Below are positions 10,540 through 20,593 of a DNA stretch of 38,311 nucleotides, piece after piece. Source of the DNA: Octopus bimaculoides. Its lineage: Eukaryota. Under the pieces are notes generated by a model, which saw only the letters and a list, made by a program, of their open reading frames with translations, was not told the origin of the DNA and ran no database searches. The stretch is taken from NCBI RefSeq assembly GCF_001194135.2, contig NC_068994.1, forward strand, positions 13,093,278-13,131,588, given 5' to 3'. The position numbers and the translations under genes were made by a program. Within the stretch, counting starts at the first letter, position 1, and each line of letters begins with the position of its first letter.

Positions 10540-10613
10540 CGAGTAATAGATAGATAGATAGAGAGAGAGAGAGAGACAGATAGACAGACAGACATATAGC
10601 TCGCTTCGGCCAG

Positions 10614-10696
10614 TCATGGTATTAGCTGTCAGTAGCCAAAGAATCGACAGGCATGCAGGCAGAGAGCACTTTCACTTCTGACAGCTAATAGCATGA
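10614..10696. repeat. palindromic element, 22-bp arms
   Basis: TCATGGTATTAGCTGTCAGTAG versus CTTCTGACAGCTAATAGCATGA, 20/22 complementary. Confidence 0.65.
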
Positions 10697-11153
10697 TAGT
10701 GCCAAAGTTGTTTCATGTTAAATTCTATAAGCTCATTTTATGCTGTAAAGTGATTAGTAAAGACAAAGCAAAAGAAAAAAAATGAGTGTATTTAACATGC
10801 TTACTGACACTGGAGAAGAAGTGTCCACTCTATATCATTTCTGCTGTCCATGATGGCTGGTGATAATGAGATTGACTTCAAGAGAGAAATCAGAGGGAGT
10901 ATTACATTATAAAATGAGATGCAGGTAGGAAGTGTTTCCACCAATGAACTGCACAGATGTGTTTGCCAACGCTCCTCTCTGATTTTATTGATAATGTTGA
11001 ATACACTAAACCTTTTATTGCAACCTGTGTAAGTTTAACATTTAACAACAAACAGTTATTCACTTATGGTCACACCCAGAGGAAAGATCCCAACATTGAC
11101 TAAATGACAGCCATGACATGGGCTCCTAAAAGAGAAAGTGTGGAAGACTAGAA

Positions 11154-11414
11154 CAGGGTTTTTCAAAATGTGGTCCGACAGGGGCTCTGTGCAGAGGCAA
11201 GCAAGCACATCCTTCTCACTAAGTGTATATTTAAAAAATCCTGTGTGTATAATTGACAATAAACCTATTTGCTAAATACTGTTAAATAAATATATGTTAT
11301 TTTAAGCAAATAGTTATGTATAAATTTCATAAACGTTTATTATAAGGGGGTGGTCCCTAAGGTAAAGCCTGAAATATAAAGGGGTCCGCAAGTCAAAAAA
11401 TTTGAAAACCCCTG
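11154..11414. mobile_element. hAT (Charlie/Buster-type) MITE, copy 1
   Basis: TIRs CAGGGTTTTTCAAA / TTTGAAAACCCCTG. Flanks GACTAGAA / CTCTAGAA (6/8, NTCTAGAN-like target). Confidence 0.85.
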
Positions 11415-11801
11415 CTCTAGAACAGCAGAAGAACTGTTGAAAATGAGGCAGGCTGGTGGATGGGGGAACATGGAACTAGATACAGATCACAGGATAGCAT
11501 GGCAAGAGAGAGAGTGGAAGCCTTATTGCATATAGCACCAAGTGGAAAGAAGAAACTATTCATTTAAAGTTAACCTATCTGTTACCAGTGTACCACATCT
11601 CTATAAAATATTTGCATTATCAAATTACTGCTGCATTGTTGAAAAAAAATTATGATTTGCATCTACAGTTTCTGAAGGGTGGATTAGTGACCATGGCCTT
11701 TACAAATCCTCTGAGACTGATGAGTTTGATATCATTACTGTTCCATTTAACTGTTACAAGTCAACCTACAAGAAGGGCATGAACAGTGAGGTGAGTTAGT
11801 G

Positions 11802-12063
11802 CAGGGGTTTTCAAACTGGTCCGCAAGGACAAGACAGGGGGTCTGTGGACAACAAATACTTTTTATGGGCAATTTGATTTTATATATGTTTTTTAATCGA
11901 AATCTTTTAATTGACAATAAACCTATTTGTTAAATGCTGTTAAATAAATAAATGCAAAAATATGTTATTTTAAGCAAATATTTATGTATAAATTTCATAA
12001 GCGTCCCTAAGGTAAAGCCTGAAATATAAAGGGTCCGCAAGTCAAAAAGTTTGAAAACCCCTG
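11802..12063. mobile_element. hAT (Charlie/Buster-type) MITE, copy 2
   Basis: TIRs CAGGGGTTTTCAAA / TTTGAAAACCCCTG with perfect TSD AGTTAGTG. Internal sequence is homologous to copy 1. Confidence 0.9.
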
Positions 12064-13034
12064 AGTTAGTGGGCAGGAAGTAAGCAGTTTTAAGCATATG
12101 ACTGACTAAAAAAACTGGCATCATTTGAGACATTGAAGAGAAAGCACTAATTTAGAAAACAGATAGAAAATCTCTTAGCTGTTACCACAAATGAAGCTGT
12201 GTTGGTGAAAGGTTGATCACCAGTTCAGTGCAGTATAGAAAAGGAAATATGAACTTGCTGCTCAATCTAATCAGTAAAAAAATGCTACTTGCTTCACAAC
12301 ACTTCTATGTTTGGAAGAGGATGGTCATATCTTGTAGAAAATGAAGACAAGTTTGGATATATAACATTAAATTAAGTTTTATTTTCCATGAACCAACAGA
12401 AGAAAATCTCAGCCAGTCTAAATGGTACAATATTTCAATAGTAGCTGAACAGCACATAGTTTCTGAGTACACATTTGAAATAGAACAGTAACTCCGGTAA
12501 AGAGTATAACAGGTTTTAATTTACAAGTTCACATAAATTATTACAAAAATGTACATATACATCTTTCTATTTAACAAAGTTCATTAATTTGTACTGTTCA
12601 AAATGTCATAAGGGAATGGAAGACAGACAAGTAAATTCTGTTCAGGTCAACCAAAAAAAAAAAGTTTTGTATTAAAACTACCCAAACAAGAGAAGTTCAA
12701 TGTACGAAGTGAATGTTCTTGTGTTCACATTTCATCTGAGTGTTATATGTTTGCCAGCAAAAGTTCATTTACCAGATATAAACAAACAAAACGGATAAAG
12801 TATGTGCTTTTTAGATTGATGGAAATAGCAACCAGCAAATGATTTTTCATTCAGCTTAATGACTTATGATTTGAAACAATAGAAAAGAGCCAATTTTGTT
12901 GTATTGCTGGGTTTTGTAGAGAACATGAGAAGAGCAGTGGCAGGGTTATTCTGTGCCATCCAGAAAAAGTCAAAATCTAACCACTAAAAGAGATGCTTTT
13001 GACTTCTGTTTCAAGGGTCAAAATGGCTGGTGGA

Positions 13035-13495
13035 TTGTTGTTGTTGGCACTCTGTCGCTTACGACATCGAGGGTTCCAGTTGATCCGATCAACAGAACAG
13101 CCTGCTCGTGAAATTAACGTGCAAGTGGCTGAGCACTCCACAGACACGTGTACCCTTAACGTAGTTCTCGGGGATATTCAGCGTGACACGGCTGACCCTT
13201 TGAATTACAGGCANNNNNNNNNNACAGACACGTGTACCCTTAACGTAGTTCTCGGGGATATTCAGCGTGACACGGCTGACCCTTTGAATTACAGGCACAA
13301 TAGAAACAAGAAGTAAGAGTGAGAGAAAGTTGTGGTGGAAGAGTACACCAGGGTTCGCCACCATCCCCTGCCGAAGCCTCATGGAGCTTTAGGTGTTTTC
13401 GCTTAATAAACACTCGCATCACCCGGTCTGGGAATCGAAACCGCGATCCTATGACCACAAGTCTGCTGCCCTAACCACTGGACCATTGCGCCTCC
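13035..13495 (-). mobile_element. tRNA-derived SINE, family A, spanning a 10-N gap
   Basis: Same head and tail as 19-389; a 74-bp segment is repeated on both sides of the Ns. Confidence 0.85.
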
Positions 13496-13613
13496 ACCGC
13501 TGGTGGGTTAAAAATGTGACAAAACAGCAGAACTAAGATATCACTTGTTGCATGAAGTAACTGCAAAAGATTATACTTGGAGATTTCCTTCCTATTTTCC
13601 AGGGTTAGGCTTT

Positions 13614-14393
13614 CTATCCAGTGTGTACTCTTTTGTGTGTTTTTAAACTACCACTTTTACTAAAATATTTGCCACATATGTCACAATGATGTGATTTTTC
13701 TCCAGTGTGTATTTTTGCATGTGCTTTTAACCGGTTATTACTGAATGATTTGCCACATATATGACAGTGATATGGTTTTTCTCCGGTGTGTACCCGTTTG
13801 TGAGATTCAAGAGAGCATTTTACAGTGAAGGAATTTCCACATATATCACAGTGATATGGTTTTTCTCCAGTGTGTGTTCTTATGTGCGACTTTAACCTGC
13901 TATTTTCAGTGAAAGTGTTTCCACATATTTCACAACTAAATGGTTTCTCCCCAGTGTGTGTTCTTATATGTCTTTTCACATTACTATTTCGGAGAAAAGA
14001 TTTCCCACATATTTCACAGTAAAATGGTCTTTCTCCACTGTGAATTTTTTCATGCCTACTTAAGTCCCCGTTAGTAATAAAAGATTTCCCACAAATGTCA
14101 CACCGATACGGTTTCTCTGCAGTGTGTGTTCTAATGTGAATTATTAAAAGACTATTACGAGCAAAAGATTTTCCACATATTTCACAGGGAAACGGTTTCT
14201 CTCCAGTATGTATTCTTTTATGTCCACATAAATCCGAATTAGTGATGAAAGATTTCCCACAAATATCACAGTGATAGGATTTTTCTTTGGTGTGTCTTCT
14301 TTGGTGTTCTTTCAAATTACTATTACGGACGAACGATTTCCCACATAATTCGCAGTAAAAGCACCTTTCTCCTGCATGTATTCCCTTGTGCAT
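13614..14393 (-). CDS. C2H2 zinc-finger protein (ZNF-1), 9 fingers
   Basis: 259 aa of CxxC...HxxxH repeats with TGEKP-type linkers; finger 8 has 11-residue C-H spacing. Confidence 0.9.
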   Translation of the reverse strand: MHKGIHAGERCFYCELCGKSFVRNSNLKEHQRRHTKEKSYHCDICGKSFITNSDLCGHKRIHTGEKPFPCEICGKSFARNSLLIIHIRTHTAEKPYRCDICGKSFITNGDLSRHEKIHSGERPFYCEICGKSFLRNSNVKRHIRTHTGEKPFSCEICGNTFTENSRLKSHIRTHTGEKPYHCDICGNSFTVKCSLESHKRVHTGEKPYHCHICGKSFSNNRLKAHAKIHTGEKSHHCDICGKYFSKSGSLKTHKRVHTG

Positions 14394-14959
14394 TTTAAAA
14401 TCCCAAATATTGACAAAAGAATTTTAAATAATTTTCGGTGATAGAGTTTTTCTTTGAGACATTTGTCTACTCGATTACTTTTCTCAAATAATGACTCCCC
14501 GTATATTTCAGTTGTTCTTCCACACTGTATTGTCTTTTATATTTTTAAATGACTATCATAATTAAAAAAGTTTCCTGATAATTTCATAGTGTTCTACCCT
14601 GGTGAATTTATAAATAAATATTGCTGACGAGGTTTTACTGTATATAGACGCTTAATGTAGCAAATGATTGTCTTAGAATTATCATCGCAAGAGACATCTC
14701 ACATATTTATTCTGTAGTTGTTTCAATACGGTTATATTTACGAAAACATAATGAAAATTGGCCTCTAAACCTAACGATAATACAAAAAGCAGATGTGATT
14801 TGCAGTTATTAAAATGTGTTTAGTTAATTATTCAAATAAAATCGACTTTGCTTTCCATGCTTCCAGAGTCAATAAAATAGGATATGATCGAATGTTACCT
14901 GTTACCTTTAGTTGAGGGTTTAAACATATATAAGAAATCAATAATTATTTAGTGAATTT

Positions 14960-15150
14960 CAAATTGAGTTGAATGGGAGTTATATTTCTTCATGACTGTT
15001 ATGTTACGTAAACAGAATGTGGAAATAATAATAAAAACCTGTGAAGACTTTTTAAAATGAGTTAAGAGTTCCGACCAAACATGCGATTGATGGATATGCG
15101 AAAATTATTGAACTGTCACAGCTGATGTTCACAAGGGAGGTCACTGTGTT
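14960..15150 (-). promoter_or_regulatory. conserved non-coding block upstream of ZNF-1
   Basis: Homologous to about 19085-19217, 24865-25025 and (inverted) 26765-26920. Confidence 0.6.
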
Positions 15151-15916
15151 AAGTAAATTAAGAAAAGAATTGTGGGAGTAGTATGTACTTTCACTTCCGC
15201 TGAAAGTGCGTGATTCTTGTTGTTGCCAGTCGAGGAGATCTAAGAAAAATATTCCTGCCATTACTATTTCCCATTTGTTTTTAAAACGAAGGCGCGATAG
15301 CTAAAGCAAATCAAAGACCTGTAGTACTGTAGTTTTCATTCATAAAAAAAAGTTCACCCATTGCCTCCCGTTGAGTACATTCCACTACGACCGGTTGTAG
15401 ATCACCATGAAACTATAGTGTTATATGAAATTAAAACGAAAATAAAACTAAAGCTGAAAAAGTGTTTGTATGTTTGTTATTGTTGCATATTAAAACTCAC
15501 AGAATCTATTAGCTGTAGTAGAATCTACTTGATGAAAGTGCGGGTGACTGCTTTAAAAATACAACTCCAGTTATACAATTTAGATAGTTTTTGGTGGCAA
15601 TGCGACAATCAAAAAACCGAATTTTTTGGTTTGTCGGACAGGGTCTGATTTTATTAAAAATTTCTACAAACGTGTAGTTTTGTATAGCAATTACAAGAAT
15701 CCCCCCCCCCCCACCAAAAAAAATCCCCAAAATTATGACCATCACAAATATAGTATAAACCCTAATCGTATATACAGAATTGAAACTTCATAAGTTATTA
15801 GTGTACATGGTAGAAGAGTGGCCTGGTGCTAACATTTAGCCATGTGTAAGATTCTCTGGACCTTCAAATGATCACACCAACTGTCTTGAAGTAACAGATC
15901 TCAAATAATACATACA

Positions 15917-16190
15917 AGTATGGCTGTGCAGTTGAGCTTTTTTTGCAAACATGGTTTCAGGTTCATTCCCACTGCATGGCATCTTATGCAAGTGACCTAG
16001 GCTGACCAATGTCTTGGAATGAGTTTGCTATATCAAACTTGTGGAAGCCCGTTATGTGTATGTCTTGTCCTCTGACTGCTTGACAAATGGTGGTGTTTTG
16101 TTAACATTTCTATAACCTAGTGGTTCAACAAAAGTGGTTGATATAAAAAGTACTGAGATTGATTAATTCAACTAAAACCCTTCAAGGTTA
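15917..16190 (+). mobile_element. diverged tRNA-derived SINE, family D
   Basis: ATGGCTGTGCAG...GGTTCATTCCCACTGCATGGCATC...GAAGCCCGTTATGTG; similar to 32243-32440. Confidence 0.55.
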
Positions 16191-16463
16191 TGCCACAGTC
16201 CTATGAATGAAACAAAAAATGAAACACTAGAAATTTCCTCTTTATGTTGGAGTGATGAAGAGAGTGAAAATACTCTAGAATGGAAGGGTTGTGCTGTGTG
16301 CAAAAAGTAAGAGGGAGGAGGGCCTCACTTATGCTTGGGAGCAGCCTGGAACACAGGTATGAATTCTTAGGAGTGGGTAATAGCACTAGGGTGGATCAAG
16401 TAATCATATTTTTGGTGAAGAAGTCATAGTATGAGTTTTGCAGTATTATTAAACTTTGACAGT

Positions 16464-16698
16464 GGAGGCGCAATGACCCAGTGGTTAGGGCAGCGGACTC
16501 GTGGTTTCGATTCCCAGACCGGGCGTTGTGAGTGTTTATTGAGCGAAAACACCTAAAAGCTCCACGAGGCTCCAGCAGGGGATGGTGGCGAACCCTGCTG
16601 TACTCTTTCACCACAACTTTCTCTCAGCCACTTGCACGTTAATTTCACGAGCAGGCTGTTCCGTTGATCGGATCAACTGGAACCCTCGACGTCATACA
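16464..16698 (+). mobile_element. SINE family A with internal deletions
   Basis: GGAGGCGCAATGACCCAGTGGTTAGGGCAGCGG head; the middle is deleted at a CTCA microhomology (CTTTCTCTCA|GCCACTTGC). Confidence 0.85.
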
Positions 16699-16959
16699 AT
16701 AACTAGAAGGGAATTCCTAGAGAATGGTTTCTGATGTAGAAACAACAAAATTTATGTGTAGTGGGTATTTTTTCTGTTGCTTATAAAAATTGAAAGAGTA
16801 ACCACTGGACAATCCTAGATATCTCACATGGCGACTAGTGTAGCTAGAGGCGGAGCAGCACCACTTATGGGTCAGCTGTAAGCAATATGTACTTTTTGCT
16901 GGGGTCTGGGGGGAAACAAACTGAAGGGCCACCCTGGGTGGCACACACTCTAGCTACAC

Positions 16960-17218
16960 TAGTGCACATGGCTTTTTCTTCAGTATGTACTCGCACAAGG
17001 GGTAGATTACTAATTTGAGAAAAAGGCTTTCCCATAGGTCTCTCAGAGACAGAATTTATCTCAAGTGTGAGTAATCTTTTGTGAATAACAAGACGAGAAC
17101 TGCTAGTGAAATGTTTTCCATACACATCATAGGGACAGAAATTCTTTATCTTTCTCCAGAGAGACTGTGCTTAAGGAATATAAAAAAATCTCGAAGTAAA
17201 GGTTCTCCTACATATTTC
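16960..17218 (-). pseudogene. decayed zinc-finger repeats 3' of ZNF-2
   Basis: After the stop: EICRRTFTS..., VYGKHFTSSSRLVIHKRL, MGKPFSQISNLPLVRVHTEEK. Confidence 0.7.
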
Positions 17219-18169
17219 TCAATTATATGCATTTTTTCCTGTATGCATTCTTTCATGTCTTTTTAATGTGCTGTTTTTATTGAAAGCTGCTCCACATATC
17301 TCACATTGATACAGTCTATCTCCAGTGTGTAGTCTTTCATGTCTTTTTAAAGAAGTGCTATGACTGAATGCTTTCCCACACACCTGACACTTAAATGGTT
17401 TTTCTCCTGTATGAATTCTTTCATGAATTTTTAAACTAGAATTTTCACTGAAAGCTTTTCCACATGTTCCGCAGTGAAAAAAGTATTCCCCAGTATGCGT
17501 CCTCGTGTGTCTTTTTAAATGGCTGCTACAGACAAAAGCCTTCCCACAAATTTTACAAGGAAACGGTTTTTCTCCGGTGTGTATTCTTCTGTGCAAATTT
17601 AAATCCGATATAGTGACAAAAGACTTCTCACACAGATCACAGTGATACGATTTTTCTTTGTTGTGTCTTTTTTTGTGTTCGTTCAAGACACAATTCTTGA
17701 CAAACGATTTTCCGCATGTCTCACAGCAATAAGGTTTCTCTCCAGTGTGTCTTTTTATATGCGTTTTTAAAGTACTGCTATCACGGAACGACTTACCACA
17801 TGCTTCACAATGATACGGCTTCTCTCCAGTGTGTGTCTTCATATGGATTTCTACGTAACTACTCCGGACAAAAGATTCCCCACATATTTCACAACGAAAT
17901 AACTTTTCTCCATGTATTTTTTTGTGATTTAGAAAACTAGAATTCATAATGAAAGACTTCCCACATACATCACAAGTATATGGTTTATCTTCACTATGAC
18001 TGCGTTTATGGAACACAAGAGAGGAATTGCTGGAGTAAAATTTCAAACATATATCACAACGAAATGGTTTTTCTCCCATGTGTATTCTTTTATGTGCGAT
18101 TAAAGTACTCTTGTCACTGAAAGATTTCCCACAAATTTCACAATGGCACGGTTTTTCCCCAGTGTGCAT
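17219..18169 (-). CDS. C2H2 zinc-finger protein (ZNF-2), 11 fingers; start codon uncertain
   Basis: 316 aa finger array. One more in-frame finger (HPCEICGTTFRFNSTLRKHKRMH) lies upstream of and overlaps the annotated Met. Confidence 0.85.
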   Translation of the reverse strand: MHTGEKPCHCEICGKSFSDKSTLIAHKRIHMGEKPFRCDICLKFYSSNSSLVFHKRSHSEDKPYTCDVCGKSFIMNSSFLNHKKIHGEKLFRCEICGESFVRSSYVEIHMKTHTGEKPYHCEACGKSFRDSSTLKTHIKRHTGEKPYCCETCGKSFVKNCVLNEHKKRHNKEKSYHCDLCEKSFVTISDLNLHRRIHTGEKPFPCKICGKAFVCSSHLKRHTRTHTGEYFFHCGTCGKAFSENSSLKIHERIHTGEKPFKCQVCGKAFSHSTSLKRHERLHTGDRLYQCEICGAAFNKNSTLKRHERMHTGKNAYN

Positions 18170-18520
18170 TCTTTTATGTTTTCTTAAGGTACTGTTAAAC
18201 CTGAAAGTTGTCCCACATATTTCACATGGATGGAATTTTTAACATCTCGTTATCACCTAAATACTTTTCCCATGCGTTTCACAGAGAGATCATCTTTCTT
18301 CGGAGTGTAACCTTTTGTGCATTTTAAAATCCCAAATTTTAACAAAAGACTTTCCATAAACATAACATTTCACAACAAAGATTAATTTTGTTTGTGAACG
18401 ACTTCTCGCATATTTTTCCATGAAAGTGTTTCTCCAGTGTATTGTTTCATAACCTTTTATATAACTGACACGAGTAAATGATTTCCACTTGATCTCATAA
18501 TTATAAGGTTCTTCTCTAAA
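18170..18520 (-). pseudogene. disrupted 5' finger repeats of ZNF-2
   Basis: From the paralogous ATG at 18322: MHKRLHSEER*SLCETHGKSI*VITRC*KFHPCEICG.... Further upstream: VYGKSFVKIWDFK and YNYEIKWKSFTRVSY. Confidence 0.7.
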
Positions 18521-19206
18521 TGAGTACAGTTCAGGTATTATTTAAACAAACGTTACTAACGAAAACTGGAGCTGTTTCAGATTCGTACGACAGAATCTGA
18601 AGAATTTACCACAAACCTCAACACAACATTCATGTATTTACCTTTTTGCTTAGTACAAGTTCCGCAGATGTTACTTCATTCTTTACTGCTAACTTTTCAT
18701 AGTTTTGTTCATCACTACCAAAATTAATAACAGTGAACAATGTACGGTAAATAAAGAAACGCATTATTCACGATGTAGATTTCAATTAGCAATCTCTGTC
18801 AGTATATATTTTAAAATATATAAATGGAATAATGTGAATTAAAGACACTAACAATAATTTAGTAAGCGTTGGACAAGATACCTTGTGGTATTTTACTGCC
18901 TTTTACGTTCCTAGTTGAAATCCAGCCGAGGTCAACATTGACCCTTTTACTTCTGGGGCGGGAACTGAAGAAAGATCGATAAAATAAATTTTAGTAAAAA
19001 TACTGATTCGAATTAATTAATATACAGTGTCCTGCTACATAGTTTGCGGTCTCGTGCTGAAGTAATTTAGTTACTGGAGGACAAAATTGAGTTAAACGTA
19101 TATCTATAGAAACCTTGTAAGACTTACAAAAATCCAACCAAACATGTGAATCGTCGTCATGTCAAATAGATGACGGGACAATAACAACGGATGTTGAGAA
19201 GGGACA

Positions 19207-19259
19207 TCACTGTGTTATGATTTATGTTCTATCACAGGACATGAATCATAACACAGTGA
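19207..19259. repeat. 53-bp near-perfect palindrome
   Basis: TCACTGTGTTATGATT...AATCATAACACAGTGA: 16 bp perfect, extending to about 26 bp with 3 mismatches. Confidence 0.8.
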
Positions 19260-19332
19260 GGTAATCTTCAAGTTTAGGGATTTAAAAAAAATAAATAAAA
19301 ATATTCAAGGGAAATAACTGAACGACTTACCA

Positions 19333-19438
19333 GTATTATCCGTTTTCTTCTAGCTGTTTATAAATAAATCACACCCTAACCCTAACGTCAATCAAATCAC
19401 GTGTGTGATTTATTTATAAACAGATGTACGGAGAATAC
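19333..19438. repeat. foldback element with (CCCTAA)2 at the loop
   Basis: Perfect 21-bp arms 19354-19374 / 19403-19423, and outer arms GTATTATCCG / CGGAGAATAC (9/10). Confidence 0.8.
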
Positions 19439-19443
19439 CTGAC

Positions 19444-19914
19444 GTGATGACTAGAATATCAACAAAAGCTGATGAGGAACTTATCGATTTATCCGAAGAC
19501 TTTTCCTTGAAAATGATCTTTAACACCCGAAAATTGGTACAGTTCTGGGCGTCTCTTCAAACCCCGTACCCAATCATTTCCACCGAAGCATTAAAAGTAC
19601 TTCTCCCTTTCGCGTCATCTTATAATTGTGAAGCTGGATTTTCAGCAATGGTTGGGATTAAAAGCAAATTTCGAAATAAACTGCAGCTCTCAAATTCTTT
19701 ACGGCTGAAACTATCACGCATTGAACCTGATGTTAATTCTATTATTGAGCGTAGCAAGAAACAGGCTCATCCTCCTCACAGGCCTCAATGAAAATGTAAT
19801 CTGAAATAAATTTGTTTCTTTCATTAATGTTTTTACCCAGTAGAGTTAAGTGGGTCACCATAAACTGGTGTCATAAATAGTGGGTCGCGTCTCTAAAAAG
19901 TTTGGGAACCACTG
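19444..19914 (+). mobile_element. hAT (Buster/Charlie) transposon 3' remnant: dimerisation domain and right TIR
   Basis: FWASLQ..YPIIS.EALKVLLPFASSYNCEAGFSAM..IKSKFRNKL...RLKLS.IEP...KQAH, then TTTGGGAACCACTG TIR ending at 19914, followed by TTCTATAG. Confidence 0.85.
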
Positions 19915-20363
19915 TTCTATAGTGTTCTGTTCCTGGATGGAAATGACAAGATGACTGGTGTGTATGCGTGCGTGCACATGCATACATGTGAGGCAAAAGC
20001 GCACTCAATATGAATATTAAAACAGTTATATTTTTATATATGTTAAGCAGTATACAACTGGTTAGGGCTACTATGTCTAAAAAAAATCATCATTATATGT
20101 GAAACCAACAGTAACATTCTGACTAGTTATACACCATAACCGGTAATATACTGCCTGACTGTGCTGTTCTAACTAGCTCATTTGCTTGTTGCAAGATTAC
20201 CGACTGGTTGTCACTTATTTTCTATATATTGCAAGCTCCTGCTATCTCTAGCAGACGAGTATCTACCACTGGGGATGAGCATAAATAGCTTGAAGCTGGA
20301 CGGTCTGGTGGTTCTGTCGTTGGCAGATTAGGAGTTTGCTCCCCTGCTTATATATTTATATAT

Positions 20364-20508
20364 TACACGTGTATAAGGGATGACCACTAGGTGGACATCC
20401 AATATGCTAGAAAGAGGTCATCATTATTTTTCTTTGTGGTTGGGTCGTTGATGACCTCTTTCTAGCATATTGGATGTCCACCTAGTGGTCATCCTTTATA
20501 CACGTGTA
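20364..20508. mobile_element. TA-flanked MITE reduced to a 60-bp-arm hairpin
   Basis: Arms 20364-20423 and 20449-20508 are 59/60 complementary; ends TACACGTG...CACGTGTA (Tc1/mariner-type TA flanks). Confidence 0.85.
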
Positions 20509-20593
20509 GTACAATTTTTTCTGAATTTTCAGATCTTTTTCTATGCTAGGCCACTTGGTTTTAAATTGAATTAATATTCAATTTATCACCCTA

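Noticed and set aside
13140-13297. 74-bp direct duplication inside a SINE
   Set aside because: Identical copies flank a 10-N gap; almost certainly an unmerged contig overlap.
16464-16530. tRNA-like sequences at SINE heads (also 25542, 38001)
   Set aside because: No complete cloverleaf; they continue into SINE bodies.
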